Assembly (NCBI GenBank): GCA_951406725.2
Contig: OX597819.1
Span: 113,522,001 to 113,586,000 of the forward strand
Length of the DNA: 64,000 bases
Origin: Octopus vulgaris
Lineage: Eukaryota
Direction: 5' to 3'
This document shows positions 12,690 through 25,377 of this stretch, in pieces. The position numbers and the translations under genes were made by a program. Positions within the stretch are counted from its first letter, which is position 1. The number at the start of each line of letters is the position of its first letter. The notes under the pieces are model-generated. The model was not told the DNA's origin. It ran no database searches and worked only from the letters and a program-made list of their open reading frames with translations.

Positions 12690-13045
12690 CAGGTAAATGT
12701 GTGTGTGTGTGAGTGAGTGTATGTGTGTGTGTGTGTGCACATGTGTTTTCATTTGTATGTTTGCATTAGGTACTCTGTGTGTGTGAGTGTATGCGTGTGC
12801 ATGTGTTTTAATTTTATGTCTGTGCGAGGTACTGTGTGTTTGTGTTTTCATTTGTACATCTGTGCTAGGTACTGTGTGTGTGTGTGCTTGTGAATGTGTG
12901 TGTGTGTATGTGTGTGTGTGCATGTGTTTTAATTTGTATGTCTGTATTAGGTACTGTGTGTGTGTGTGTTTTCATTTGTACATCTGTGCTAGGTAATGTG
13001 TGTGCGTGCATGTGTGTGTGCGTGCATGTGTGTGTGCAAATGTGT
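12690..13045. repeat. (TG)-rich minisatellite, several degenerate units of about 55-70 bp
   Basis: Recurring GGTACTGTGTGTG...TGTTTTCATTTGTACATCTGTGCTA. Confidence 0.7.
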
Positions 13046-13310
13046 ATGCCTTCACCTGAGTATTCATGACTATCATCATCATCCTCTTCATCGTTTTTAT
13101 GTCTACTTTTCCATGCTTGCATTAGTAAGATTTACTAAGATAGATTTTCTGAGTGGATGCCTTTCCAGTCACCAACCTTCACTCGTTTCCAAACAAGGTA
13201 ATATTACCCCATGGCCAGATATGTTTTCAGAGAAGACTGGAATGACAAACACAACTTATATGATGATGACAACTGTTTAAATCTATTGTATAATGTAAAG
13301 ACAAAGACAA

Positions 13311-13343
<33 letters not shown>

Positions 13344-13692
13344 GACAATTGTCACTTCTTTATGAAGGACATCTCTCCAATTGGTAAATGTCATCACAAG
13401 ATCTCATGTGATTAGCAAGTCTGGCTTTGGACCAAGAGAACTTTCTTCAGATGTTACAGACATTTTCAAGCTGAACAGTCACTGGGATTGAGATCAAGTC
13501 CTGTTTACAAAGTATCCGCTTCATGATGAAGGATTCTGTTCTCCGTGATTCACTTGCTTTACAACCATTTTAGATCACTTATTTCCAAACTGATCACTCA
13601 GATGATTCTGTCAATTCATTGTCTTAGTAGTAGTAGTGACAAAAATTTATTAATCAATTAAGTAATTGCATATTTTAAAATGCATAACTAAC

Positions 13693-13745
13693 CTTTGTCT
13701 CCAGTTTTGGTGTAAATTTTCACAGAACTGCTCACCGAACTGGAA
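13693..13745 (-). CDS. MMAB: MMAB coding exon 2 (SSSVSSSVKIYTKTGDK-G)
   Basis: 53-bp exon, acceptor ttattcAG and donor GTtagt. Encodes the ATP-binding motif KIYTKTGDKG, with the Gly codon split into exon 3. Confidence 0.95.
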
Positions 13746-14179
13746 CTGAATAAGAAATAAACCATTATCTTATGTAGTTTTAACTCTTTCAATGTCCCAC
13801 AAAATATCGCTCATATTAACCAGTTCATTGTTAAATTAAAATGCTATTTCAGTGTAATATCAGTTTCAAATTTTGGCACAAGGCCAGCAAGTTTAGGGGA
13901 GGAAGCAAGTTGATTACATTGACCCCAGTACTCAGTTGGTATTTATTTTACTGACCCCGAAAGGATAAAAGGCAAAGTTAGCCTTGGCAGAATTTGAACT
14001 CAAAATGTAAAGACAGACGAAATTCTTAGCATTTTGTCCAGTGTACTAACAACTGTGTCAGCTCACCACCATAAATTTCAAAGTAATATTCCTTCCTACT
14101 GGAAGCCTGAGGCCTCAAATTTGGAGTAAAGGATTAAGTCAATTACATCGACCCCAGTGTGTAACTAGTACTTATTTAA

Positions 14180-14399
14180 CCCTTTCGTTACTGTATTTCT
14201 GTTGAGATGCTCTGTACTTCTTTCAATTACTTTAAATATAATAAAGAATTTAGTAAAATAACTTCGTTATCATTCAGCTGGTGTTAGGGACATTAATTGT
14301 AACTAAGATTTGGTGGAAGATTATAATTCAAAACTTATGAAAACAAGACATTTGTACTCAGAGCCAGAGCCGGTTTCAGCTGGGTTGGTAATGAAGGGG
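14180..14399. mobile_element. TTAA-flanked piggyBac-type MITE inserted in a SINE
   Basis: TTAA|CCCTTTCGTTAC ... GTAATGAAGGGG|TTAA; the host SINE resumes after the second TTAA. Related copy at about 7661-7878. Confidence 0.7.
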
Positions 14400-16635
14400 T
14401 TAAGTGACCCTGAAAGGATGGAAAGCAAAGTCAACCTCGATGGTATTTGAACTCAGGATGTAATGGCAGACGAAATATCACTAAGAATTTCGCCCAGCAT
14501 GCTAGCAATTCTGCCAGCTCACTGCCTTAAATTTCAAAGTAATATTGACATAAATAATACATTTTCCAGAGTATAGATACAATATTTGTATCTACAATAT
14601 GTTTCACTCTACAAATATCAGCAAGTTTCTTATTTCTGAATAAGTCGCAGACTAGGAACTTCTATTTCTAAACAAAGGATATTAATGTTTATGAATTTGT
14701 GTTGCAAGATTCCTGATGTGAAGTCGTGTGTTGAAACAGATATTGTTGTATTTCAGGATGGTCATTTTTTTTTTCCTTTTTGGCCAAATAAACACATACA
14801 CCACATATTCATTCTTCACTTGTTTATTATTGTTCTTATTGTAATCTATCTCCATTGTCTAGAAATCTTTTGTGACCTCTTCAGTGACACTTTACGATAT
14901 TAATGTGTTTATCCAATAAGCTACTAAGTCACTGGCATATTCATCATCACCATTACCATCAACATCATTTAACATCTGCTTTCCATGCTGGCATTGGTTG
15001 CACAGATTGACAGGAGCTGGCAAGCCAGAGGGTTGTAGCAAGCTCTAATATCTGTTTTGGCATGGTTTCTCTGACTAAATATTCTTCCTAGTGCCAACCA
15101 CTTTACAGGGTGTACTGGGTGCTTTTTATGTGGCACTAAAATCTGGTGTCATGTTATTGTTATAATTTTAGGCTATTTAAATTTGTATGAGTGGAGGGGC
15201 GTTGCTAAGTGGTAAAGGTGTTGGACTTATGATTGTGGTTTTGATTCCTGGATCAGGCGATGTGTTGTGTTCTTGAGCAAAAACATTTTATTTCACATTG
15301 TTCCAATCCACTCAGCTGGCAAAAATGAGTAATCCTGCAACAGACTAGTGTTCCATCCAGGTAGGGAATATGTCATTACATAAAATTTATAACATGAATT
15401 ATCATCATCTTCATCATCGCTTAACATCCACTTTCCATGCTGGCATGGGTTGGACGGTTTGACTGAGGACTGGCAAGCCAGATGGCTACACCAGGCTTTA
15501 ATCTAATCTGGCAGAGTTTCTACAGCTGGATGCCCTCCCTAACGCCAACCACTCCGAGAGAGTAGTGGGTGTTTTTACGTGCCACCGGTACGAGGGCCAG
15601 TCAGGTGGTACTGGCGACGGCCATGCTCAAATGGTGTTTTTTATGTGCCACCTGCACAGGAGCCAGTCCTGCGGTACTGGCAACAACCTAGACCACAAAT
15701 TCCCAGTAATTTAATTTTTAGTAATTAAAAGAAATCAGAAGCACTGTTCCAAGCAAAAAAGTACAAGGCACATCTGAGAAGCAATTATATTGTGTACTCA
15801 AATCTTCAAGATCATGTTATCAATGATATATGAATAACATCACAATATCATGATATGAGTGATACCATATGAATGTTATTACAATATTTTTCTGCATACA
15901 AGTATATTGTGTAAACATTTCAAACATTGTCACTACCATTCCAAATCTTGTCATTTCACATAGAATTTTTGGTTCTCCAAAGTCGTCTTGGTGAATAAGT
16001 TGAGCAAACTATTTTGGCTCTAAATTTTGGTCCTAAATATTCAACTTGTGTGGCAGAAAACAAGGTACATGATATTACATGAATGACATTATCTCACAAG
16101 AATATCATTATATGAATGTCACAGCTGTCTGCAAGCATGAGCTAGCAGCCAAGAGAGAGGTCTTGGATACGTATCGTGTCACCAGTGTTATATTGAGTGA
16201 GCGGTCTAGTCACTCAGCTCACAATAACCAACTCAACCTGGCTGTAAATAAGGTACTGAAGACTTGTATAATTTAGTGGATCAAGAAAGAGGACATATAC
16301 TGAGCAGATCACTGGATGAAATAGTCTTTAGGTATAGGAGTTAGCATTGAATACAGAAATAAGCTGTCGTGGACAAAACGTAGACAAGAGTTATTTTGCC
16401 TATCTTTACGTATGAAGCATGAAAATATCAAGGAAAAAAAACGCAATTACCCAATTCCCTCCCTTGTTCAAAAGTTTTTCAACTTCAAACCGCTCTTCCC
16501 GAGTAGACCTTTGATTAAAGGCTTTCATCAAAGACCAGCATATCAATTTGGATGGGAAGGGGAAAGAATAGTGTTTACTAAATACATTCATCAGATAATT
16601 GTTCAGCTAAAGGACCTTACATAATAAAAAAAAAT

Positions 16636-16917
16636 GGCGAAGTTTCGCATGTCGTAGCGCAGATTTCCGTAAAAAACTTTTATTTTTTTACATAAGTAAT
16701 GAGAGCGAAAGAGACTAAGAGGAAGCGATTTTATGACGAGAAGGTTTCACTTTGAAATCGGCCTGTGTGTGTTTGATGGGGTGTGGGAGACAGACAGTAT
16801 GTTGTGTAAGTGAAGTGCTTCTGTTAGTGTGTGTGAAGAGACAGAGAGAGTAATGTGTGAAAGAGAGAGATAACTGATTTTTTACTCGGTGTATGTGTAT
16901 ATGTATGTCTGCATGTA

Positions 16918-16948
<31 letters not shown>

Positions 16949-17437
16949 GTATGTATGTATGTATGTGTGTGTGTGTGTATGTATCTATGTGTGTGTGTGT
17001 ATGTATGTATGTGTGTATGTATGTATGGTCGATTCAGTGTAATTTTTTACTCGGTGTATGTGTATATGTATGTCTGCATGTATGTGTGTGTGTGTATGTA
17101 TCTATGTGTGTGTGTGTGTGTGTAAGTATGTGTGTGTGTATGTATGTGTGTGTGTGTATGTATCTATGTATGTGTGTGTGTGTATGTATGTATGTATGTA
17201 CTCGGTGTATATGTATGTCTGTCTCTTCGCACACACTAACAGAAGCACTTCACTTACACAACATACTGTCTGTCTCCCACACCCCATCAAACACACACAG
17301 GCCGACTTCAAAGTGAAACCTTCTCGTCGTAAAATCGCTTCCTCTTAGTCTCTTTCGCTCTCATTACTTATGTAAAAAAATAAAAGTTTTTTACGGAAAT
17401 CGACGGAAATCTGTGCTACTACAACCGAAACTATGCC
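16636..17437. mobile_element. Fold-back element with about 200-bp terminal inverted repeats (MULE-like MITE) and a (TG/TATG)n interior
   Basis: 16660-16845 is almost perfectly reverse-complementary to 17218-17400. Termini GGCGAAGTTTCG / CGAAACTATGCC. No clear TSD. Confidence 0.8.
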
Positions 17438-18139
17438 AAATTATTTGTACTTTGTTTTGAGACATTTATTTGTTAAATACATTCAGTTTCGCAAAAAAAA
17501 AAAAAATTCATTCAAAGAGAAAATCAAGACATTTGTTAATTTTCGAACCTTAATTTCAATATTACATATTAGTTTAAATATGTATATGCGTCTACTATTT
17601 ACAATATATTTGTTTATGTTTAAAACACGAGTGTTCAAGATTGATATTCTTTGCGTGTAGCTCTCACGCTTATCTCATACTGTTGACGCCGGAGTAGAAA
17701 CCGAATCGTTCGTAGTCCTCAATTCTCAACATCGATTGATCTAAACCTCCCACTACCACCTCTGACTGATACGCAGACACCCCAAACACCGTCTCCTTCT
17801 CACCCGGCAAGCCATTACTATCTCTACATCTATCCAGTCACCCGACTACTTACTTATCGCAACTCCCCACCACACATTTATAAGAGAGGTTTCCCAGTGA
17901 CCCCAAATTTTTCAACCTAAGGTGGTGAATTGTTTTTGTTTTTTCCCCCTTCTTATCACTCTTATGTATATATTTAAGTCTAATATTACATATATACATA
18001 TATGTATAACGTATATATTATATATGTAATTAAAGGTGTCTAATTTCACATTCACATACTATCCCCAAACCCCACCACACACATACACAACCCGGTGATG
18101 CTTTGGATCAGTTAACAAATGAGAATTCTGTTGGTTTAA

Positions 18140-19000
18140 GGCTAAAGTACATATGCTTCGCCCTTAATTGGCAATAGTAAAGCGAGTGGCTGAGACCATC
18201 TCTTTAGTCTTGTTCCTTTACAACTCACAAACAACCTCAAGTCCTTGAAGTGAAGCGCCCACAACTACCAACCCTTATAAATAAACAGCTATTACCCTAT
18301 ACCGCAACTCCAGCAAAATCAGCATCTAGACAATGACAGGTGCCTTCGTGCATCGCACAGCTCTCTCCAGCCACCGAAACTGAAGCAATCCTTTTGGACC
18401 TTTGCCAAAAGACTTCTCCACCAATTCTGCGGAATACTCCTTAAACACGATAGTTCTGTAATCAATACTTCTGCAGACAAAGCCTCAACATTTGTTGCTA
18501 ACCTTTGTAACCAACTCCACGTTGCACGCAGTAGGTAAATCTTCAAAACTATCTTTTTCTACTTCACAGGGCTCACTTACTGTCATACACGCACATACAT
18601 GCCAAGTAACCTTATGGTTCTGATAATGTCCTTTCCAGGCCTCTAGAGCTATCTCCACTAAATTCTTCTTCATCTACTCTCTCTCTTCCAGGGATACATC
18701 ATAAGCCCCACTGAACCTGCCAACTATCGTCGTTTCGCACTCACTTCGAACAACTCAAAAGTCAGGGAGACAGTAATTATTAATAACCTTCTCTAACACC
18801 TTCAATGCCTTTCCTTCTTTAGTGACAACCACCATGACGTCCGCAAATGTAGATCTACAGGAAATCTATGCCCCCAAGTCACTCATTAGTGAGCTCTGAC
18901 TCTCAACATTAAAAAAGCTATCGACCGTATCTGGCACGCGAATCTTTTGGCAAAACTGACTGCCTCTGTACTTCAACTATCTCTCATTACGTGGCCGGGT
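18140..19000 (+). pseudogene. Decayed LINE (CR1/Jockey-like) reverse transcriptase
   Basis: Residual NYRRFALTS...KVRETVI...SDNHHDVRK.RSTG...LNIKKAIDRIWHANLLAKL, corresponding to the RT motifs NYRPISL and DIxKAFDRVWH. Confidence 0.7.
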
Positions 19001-19342
19001 GGAGATGAACGAAGCCCGTAGGTTTTATAACATCAACGAGATCGGTCTATATTTTTCTGCTGATGAAGGAAATAAAAGAAAATTTTGTACAACTAATTAT
19101 TGTTGTTATCACAATGAACTAAACTGTTATAATTTTCTATAAGCTAATTGATATCTCCACTATGTGTCTGTCTATCTGGTTCCCAAATCCATTACCTTGT
19201 TTCGAGGAAAGTTTGTGTGCGAGTATGTATCAACCTTCATCAAATCTTGAAGGTACAATAAATAAAGCTACATTTAAATATAATTATGGAAAAAAAAATA
19301 ATAATAATGTAAGGTGCGGCATTCTAGTGGAATTGAACTTAC

Positions 19343-19410
19343 GAGATGAGACGTTGAGTGGCCGTTTTATAATTCAAAGCCAACAATGTTTTCACACAAT
19401 TTCGAAGCAT
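19343..19410 (-). CDS. MMAB: MMAB coding exon 1, putative mitochondrial targeting peptide (MLRNCVKTLLALNYKTATQRLI-S)
   Basis: aaacATG start, 68 nt, strong GTaagt donor in phase 2 matching exon 2. The peptide is basic with no acidic residues, as expected for mitochondrial MMAB, and the surroundings retain CpGs. Confidence 0.8.
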
Positions 19411-19540
19411 GTTTACAAATGCGTGTTTACCAAGTTCAGAGAAACAACCGGTGTTAACAAGTAGCTTTGGAGTTATCTCCCATCTTACGTACGCCAAATA
19501 TCTCGTGCTATTTGGAACCGACTGAAGTGAGAGAGACAGG
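19411..19540 (-). promoter_or_regulatory. Probable MMAB 5'UTR/core promoter
   Basis: Unique CpG-retaining sequence directly upstream of the ATG, containing GGGAGATAACT (19471-19481). Confidence 0.4.
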
Positions 19541-21399
19541 TACAGGGTAACAAGGCTGAGTTCAAATCCTTCGTGAATGACTTAAAATCCGTGAGATCGA
19601 TTTAGTAAACTGTACCAGTAATATAACCCCTTTCTCTCTTTGAACGAAGAAGCAGAGAGAGATAAAATAAAGATAATAAGGTTGCAAGACGCAACGTAAA
19701 TTTTAGGAAAATAAAAATAAGAAATAAGTGGAAATTTTACTGGTGCGTGTGTTAAATAATAAGGCACAAAAAGAAAATGACTCTCCCCAGACAACAGAAT
19801 ATGCTTCAACACACGAACTCATATAAAGAATCTTGCAGACCAAATCCAAAAACGAAATATAAATCAAAAAACAATAACGAGAAAGATTAAATTAAAAATG
19901 ATGAGTGAAAAAAAGAAAGAAAAGAACGAAAAATGAAATAAAGAGACGGAGCAGAAAAATAAAAGAAAGTAAAAGTACAAAGAAAGATAAATAAAGAGCG
20001 AGGAATTAAATCGAAAAAATGACAAATTTCAAGATTTAAACGAATAACAAACAGTACCTCATTTTAACATTTCTTTTTACTGAATACGTCAGAAGAAAAC
20101 AGCAAAATACTCATTAAAAAATATCCTTTACTTTAAAATGAAAGAAACTTCCACCTTATCTTAAACACCTAACAATATACCACGTCACGAATCCCGAATG
20201 ATCCAAAGTGGTGGGAGGCTTTATGCGGTCACTCAACTTGCTAGAACTAGCAGTCAAAGTTTTCGCAATTCACGCCACCATTCCAAAAAGAAGGGAAATA
20301 ATAGATAGGTAAATGTAGTCCTGAAGCCAGTATATCTGAATAAAAGATGAGACGGTCACATGTGGATTGCTTGCAATCATAAGTCAATAGCAACCACGTC
20401 GTTTAAAACTTCACCTAATCAACTCTACTGCCTATGTCACCCGTTATTAGACTTTGGACTAATCTACATACTCCTATACAGAAAATGAATGCAGGCATGG
20501 CCAAGTGATTTTAAGATGTTCGTTTTGCAATCATTTCGCCTCGCTTTTCATCATACTAACGTGGCATCTTAGACAAATGCTTTGTTAAATTAAGCTTGGG
20601 TCGACCAAAATCTTTGGTAGAGGGCAATGACCAATACGATTTTTTTTTAAAGACTGCATCTATGACTAAATTATCCAATTTGTCTTGTTTTTAAGACTGT
20701 GGGCTGTGATTTAAGGGAGAACACTGAGCGACTGCAGGCATCGTCGTTGACTCGTGTGACATCGAGTAGGTGGAATCCTGCAGGAAGTCTTGTACCAGAA
20801 AATAAGTGATTGTGGAGTACTCATCCCTTTGTGCTATAAATCGATCGGTCGTTAGATCTAGTGATTGGACCACTGAGACATTCATTGTCAAAACCGCTGC
20901 ATTCAGGTGCCAGTTGGGTTCTTCCCAGCATTGGTTCAAATTCCCTACACGCATAAAACGACCATAATGAATATGATCACACACACTCCCTATACACGCA
21001 TAAAAATATGATGATAAGTATAATCATAGATAGACAGATAGATAATACATGCATACGACAGGATTGTTTTGGTTTCCGTCAACCAAATCTAGTCACTAGT
21101 CTGGAGCCATACTCTCCTTACTCTCTTTACTTGTTTCAGTCATTTGACTGGGGCCATGCTGGAGCACCGCCTTGAGTTGAGCAAATCGTTGGTGAATGAA
21201 GATTTGCTTAGAATGTTTCTGTGTTTCTGATGCATTACCCCAGATATGTAAGCAGTAGACTTCTTAGAAAGAGTAGTTAATCTTCCATCAAATCATACGC
21301 TACCATCTAAAAGAGAGAAAAATTAAGAATAAAGTAGATAATGTAATTCTAGATAACACAATGTCTGTATTTAAAAAAAACGGGATGGTTAGAGGTGTA

Positions 21400-22205
21400 A
21401 GAGATGGGCTTAGAGTTATAGAAACCCATGGGCTTGTATAGAGAAATAGAATTCCAAAAGCTTCTATAGTAATACAAAACCTCACGAGTTTTAGAGTGAT
21501 ATAGAATCACATAGATTTCTCTAAAGATATAAGAACACATGAGCTTGTGTAGAGATGTAGAATTTCAAGGTCTTATACAGGTATAGAAAATCCTACGAGC
21601 TTCTATAGAGACATAAAATCACATGGACTTGAACAGAGATATAAAATCTTGCTGGCTTATATAGATATTAGTCCAGTGGGATTATAGTGATATAGAGAAT
21701 CATGGGTTTATACAGAGAAATAAAAACCCATGGACTTATACAGAGATATAGAGTTCTATGGTCTTATGTTGAGATGTATAAGCCCATGAACTAATATAGA
21801 GATATAGCATCCCATTGACTTGTATAATAATAATAATAATGTTCCTTCTTGAGCCATGCCAGGCTTATAAGGGCAGTTTTCTCAGTTTCAGTGGCGTAGA
21901 AATTCCCCACCTGGATTGGACACCAGTCCATCGCAGGATTACTCATTTTTGCCAGCTGAGTGGACTGGAGCAACGTGAAAATGAAGTGTTTTGCTCAAGA
22001 ACACAATGCATCGCCCGGTCCAGGAATCGAAATCACAACCTTACAATCATGAGTTCGACACCCTAACTACTAAGCCATGCGCCTCCACTATTGCCTTGTA
22101 TAGAGATTTAGAATTCCATGGGTTTCTATACAAGCATGAAAAGCCATTGGCTTGTTTCGATATATAAAACCTGTGAGCTTTTATAGGGATATATAATCCC
22201 ATTAG
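21400..22205. repeat. Degenerate tandem repeat of about 28-30 bp, interrupted by a SINE (about 21830-22090)
   Basis: Recurring GTATAGAGATATAGAATCCCATGGGCTT-like unit. Confidence 0.75.
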
Positions 22206-22753
22206 AGTAGCAGAAGAAAGAGTGTCTGTAGTGTTGAATCACTTCTTATCAGCTTGGTTATCTTTTATCTGGAAATGATCTGAAATGTTGGTATGTGAAG
22301 CAGCAGGTCTCCCCCAATGTGAGTCACACTGAATTTTGTAGTTAATGAGATGAAATATTTTTCAATTTAGAAGAGGAAGCCTACTCTCTGCAACAGGACC
22401 TTTGAGAATGGAGTTGGGGCAGTCTGTTATTTAATCTGGAGCCCAGAGAACTAAGAAAAGGCTCATAAATATTTGACAGGTTTTGATCAATAACAAAATA
22501 GCTTCACAGAAACATTTCATCTTAAATCAATGAGAAGTGTGCTTTATTGCTGAAACATATCCCTTTTACTTGTTTCAGTCATTTGACTGTGGCCATGCTG
22601 GAGCAGCGCCTTTAGTCGAGCAAATCGACCCCAGGACTTATTCTTTGTAAGCCTAGTACTTATTCTATCGCTCACTTTTGCTGAACCGTTAAGTTACAGG
22701 GACGTAAACACACCAGCATCGGTTGTCAAGAGATGCTGGGTGGACAAACATAT

Positions 22754-22797
<44 letters not shown>

Positions 22798-22984
22798 GAT
22801 ACATATATACGATGGGCTTCTTTCAGTTTCTGTCTACCACTCACAAGGCTTTGGTTGGCTTGAGGCTATAATAGAAAACACTTGCCCAAGGTGCCACGCA
22901 GTGGGACTGAACCCAGAACCATGTGGTTGGTAAGCAAGCTACTTACCACACAGCCACTCCTGCGCCTATGACATATAATAATAA

Positions 22985-23258
22985 TAAAAATGAAATTATT
23001 TTGTATAGTGCTCAGGTGCACTACAACTCATCAAAGGTACATGTATAGTACATTGAATAGTACAGGAAAGTGAATAGTGTAAGAGTCATGATATACCTGT
23101 GTGCACGCATATGGAGGTGGGAATAACAGGTGTAGTGTTGGTGAATTTCAGGAAGCTTGGAAGTTTTAAAGGATGCAATGTCTTGGCAACTAGCAACTGA
23201 TGCAGGTAGTTTGTTCCATGCTTCAGCAACTCTGAGTGTTAAAACTGTTTCCAAAAGT
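22985..23258 (-). mobile_element. CR1-like LINE 3' end
   Basis: Minus strand ...TLRVAEAWNKLPASVASCQDIASFK followed by an (ATT)n tail; same family as 38770-39250. Confidence 0.8.
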
Positions 23259-23627
23259 ATGTAAAAGTTAAAGGAATTCCAAAAATACTAATTCTTCTAA
23301 GGGTCATTTGGGAAGGTATGCTGGGGCACTGCCTTGAAGAATTTTTAGTTGAATGGATTGACCCTAGTACTTAATTTTATTTTAAGCCTGGTACTTATAG
23401 TCAGTCTTGTTTGCTGAACCACTAAGTTACAGGGATGTAAACACACCAACACCGGTTGTCAAGTGGTGGTGGGTGACACAGACACACATATATACAAGCT
23501 TCTTTCATTTTCCAACTATCAAATCCACTCATAAGGTTTTGGTCGACCCAAGGCTATAACAGAAGACACTTGCCCAAGGTGCCATGCAGTGTGACTGAAC
23601 CCAGAATCATGTAGGCAATAAGCAAGC

Positions 23628-24578
23628 TTCTTTATTTCATTATATTGGCCATAAGGCCTTACACAGAGAAAGGAAGCTGCGGGCTGGACGTAGACATAAC
23701 GTTATATGAAATGAAAATGATGATTAATGGGGGAAAAAAATGACGCCCACCGATTGATTTTTCCTCAGGACATTGATCTCTTGTATATTGTAGGCAACAA
23801 ACCTCTATACTGTTCACAATATTTAATAACAAAAGGAACTTTCAATAACACTGAGGCTTTTCGAACCTCTTATCCATATTCCTCCTCAACATCGCTTGTG
23901 CCCGCATCTTCCGCTATCACCCATGCCTCATTCAAGATCAAAGCGGGTGCCGTGTCGGCGTCGCCAGGGTACAAGCGATATTTCTCATTGAGTCCCTCCA
24001 GCCTATATGTCACGGGCAACGTTATGACCTCCACAGCTATCTGCGGAGGCCATTCAGAATCCTGTGTGCAGGCTAAAGGTGCTCCCTTATGGTGTTTTTC
24101 AACCTCTCCGCCTCTATAGAAGAAGACCAATATCCAATTCTACCATTGGCAGCACAGTTCCCGCCAACGATATCTCTTCCCCTGCCAGTGGCACAACCCC
24201 AACTGACGAGGTTCGGGACATTCCAGTACTATGTCACCGACTGCCAGCAATGTCCCGTTTCTCTTCCTCTTTCTTTTCAACTGAGGGAGGGTGCATCTCC
24301 TCTGTGACCAGGAGATTCGCCTCCCCTTCCTCATCCCTAGGATCTTTCGGTGAGCACCCAATGTTGCTCACTTTTTTCCTCTTGCGGTCCCTCTTTGAGG
24401 AATCCTCCACCTCCTCGGCCGCCTTCATTCCCTCTTCTACAAAGGTCTCACTCAACTGCTCCAGGACCTTACTTTGTTCCTGGGAACAGTTTTTCTTTAT
24501 ATGGCCAGGCTCCAGGCACCGATGACACCTGGAGGGGGCGACCCTCAAGAATCACTGGGTACCTGCACCCGGCCATTT
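23628..24578 (-). mobile_element. Truncated, frameshifted CCHC zinc-knuckle ORF (L1/Tx1-like ORF1) with AATAAAGAAG 3' end
   Basis: GCRYPVILEGRP/RCHRCLEPGHIKKNC (CX2CX4HX4C), then an acidic/basic stretch. GC-richer than its flanks; ends ...GAAATAAAGAAG against a SINE. Confidence 0.6.
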
Positions 24579-25377
24579 TCAAAAAAATTGGCTGATTGGG
24601 TCCAAAGTGTCAAAACAGCTTTTGACCCAACCCAATCACAACCCTAGAAAAAGGATCTGTAAAGTTGACTTTGGCAGGATTAGAACTCAGGACATACTGC
24701 AAGCTGCTTTGTTCTGGGTTTTAACTATTCTGCCAAGTTACCTCCTAGAAATAATTGTTTCTAATTTAGGCACAGGGCCAACAACTTTGAGGGGAAGGTG
24801 TTAGTTGATTACCTCAATCCTAGTATGTGACTGTTACTTCATTTTATTAACCCTAAAATGAGGAAAGACAAAGCTGACCTCAGTGGGATTGGAACTTAGA
24901 ATGTAAGGAACAGTAATACACAGCCCATCCAAAGTACCATGGATCACAGGTTGGCCTGTTGTGCTTACCTTGGATCATAGGGCGACCCGTTGTGCTTGAG
25001 GAGACCTATTGAGTTAAGTACATCAACATCAAAATGAAAATCAAATGGAAGTTGTAGTTGTGATACCTGTGCCGCTGGCATGTAAAAAGCATCATCCGAA
25101 CGTGGCTGATGCCAGCACCCCCTTGACTGGCTCCCATGCTGGTGGCACGTAAAAAGTACCAACTGATTGTGGACGTTGCCAGCCTCGTCTGGCACCTGTG
25201 TCGGTGGCACATAAAAAGCACCCACTACACTCACGGAATGGTTGGCGTTAGGAAGGGCATCCAGCTGTAGAAACACTGCCAGATCAGACTGGAGCAGCCT
25301 CCTGGCTTCCCAGACCCCGGTCAAACCGTCCAACCCATGCTAGTATGGAAAGCGGATGTTAAACGATGATGATGAAT

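Noticed and set aside
13523-13594. C/D box snoRNA-like ATGATGA...CTGA
   Set aside because: Antisense to the MMAB host transcript, no terminal stem and no recognisable rRNA guide.
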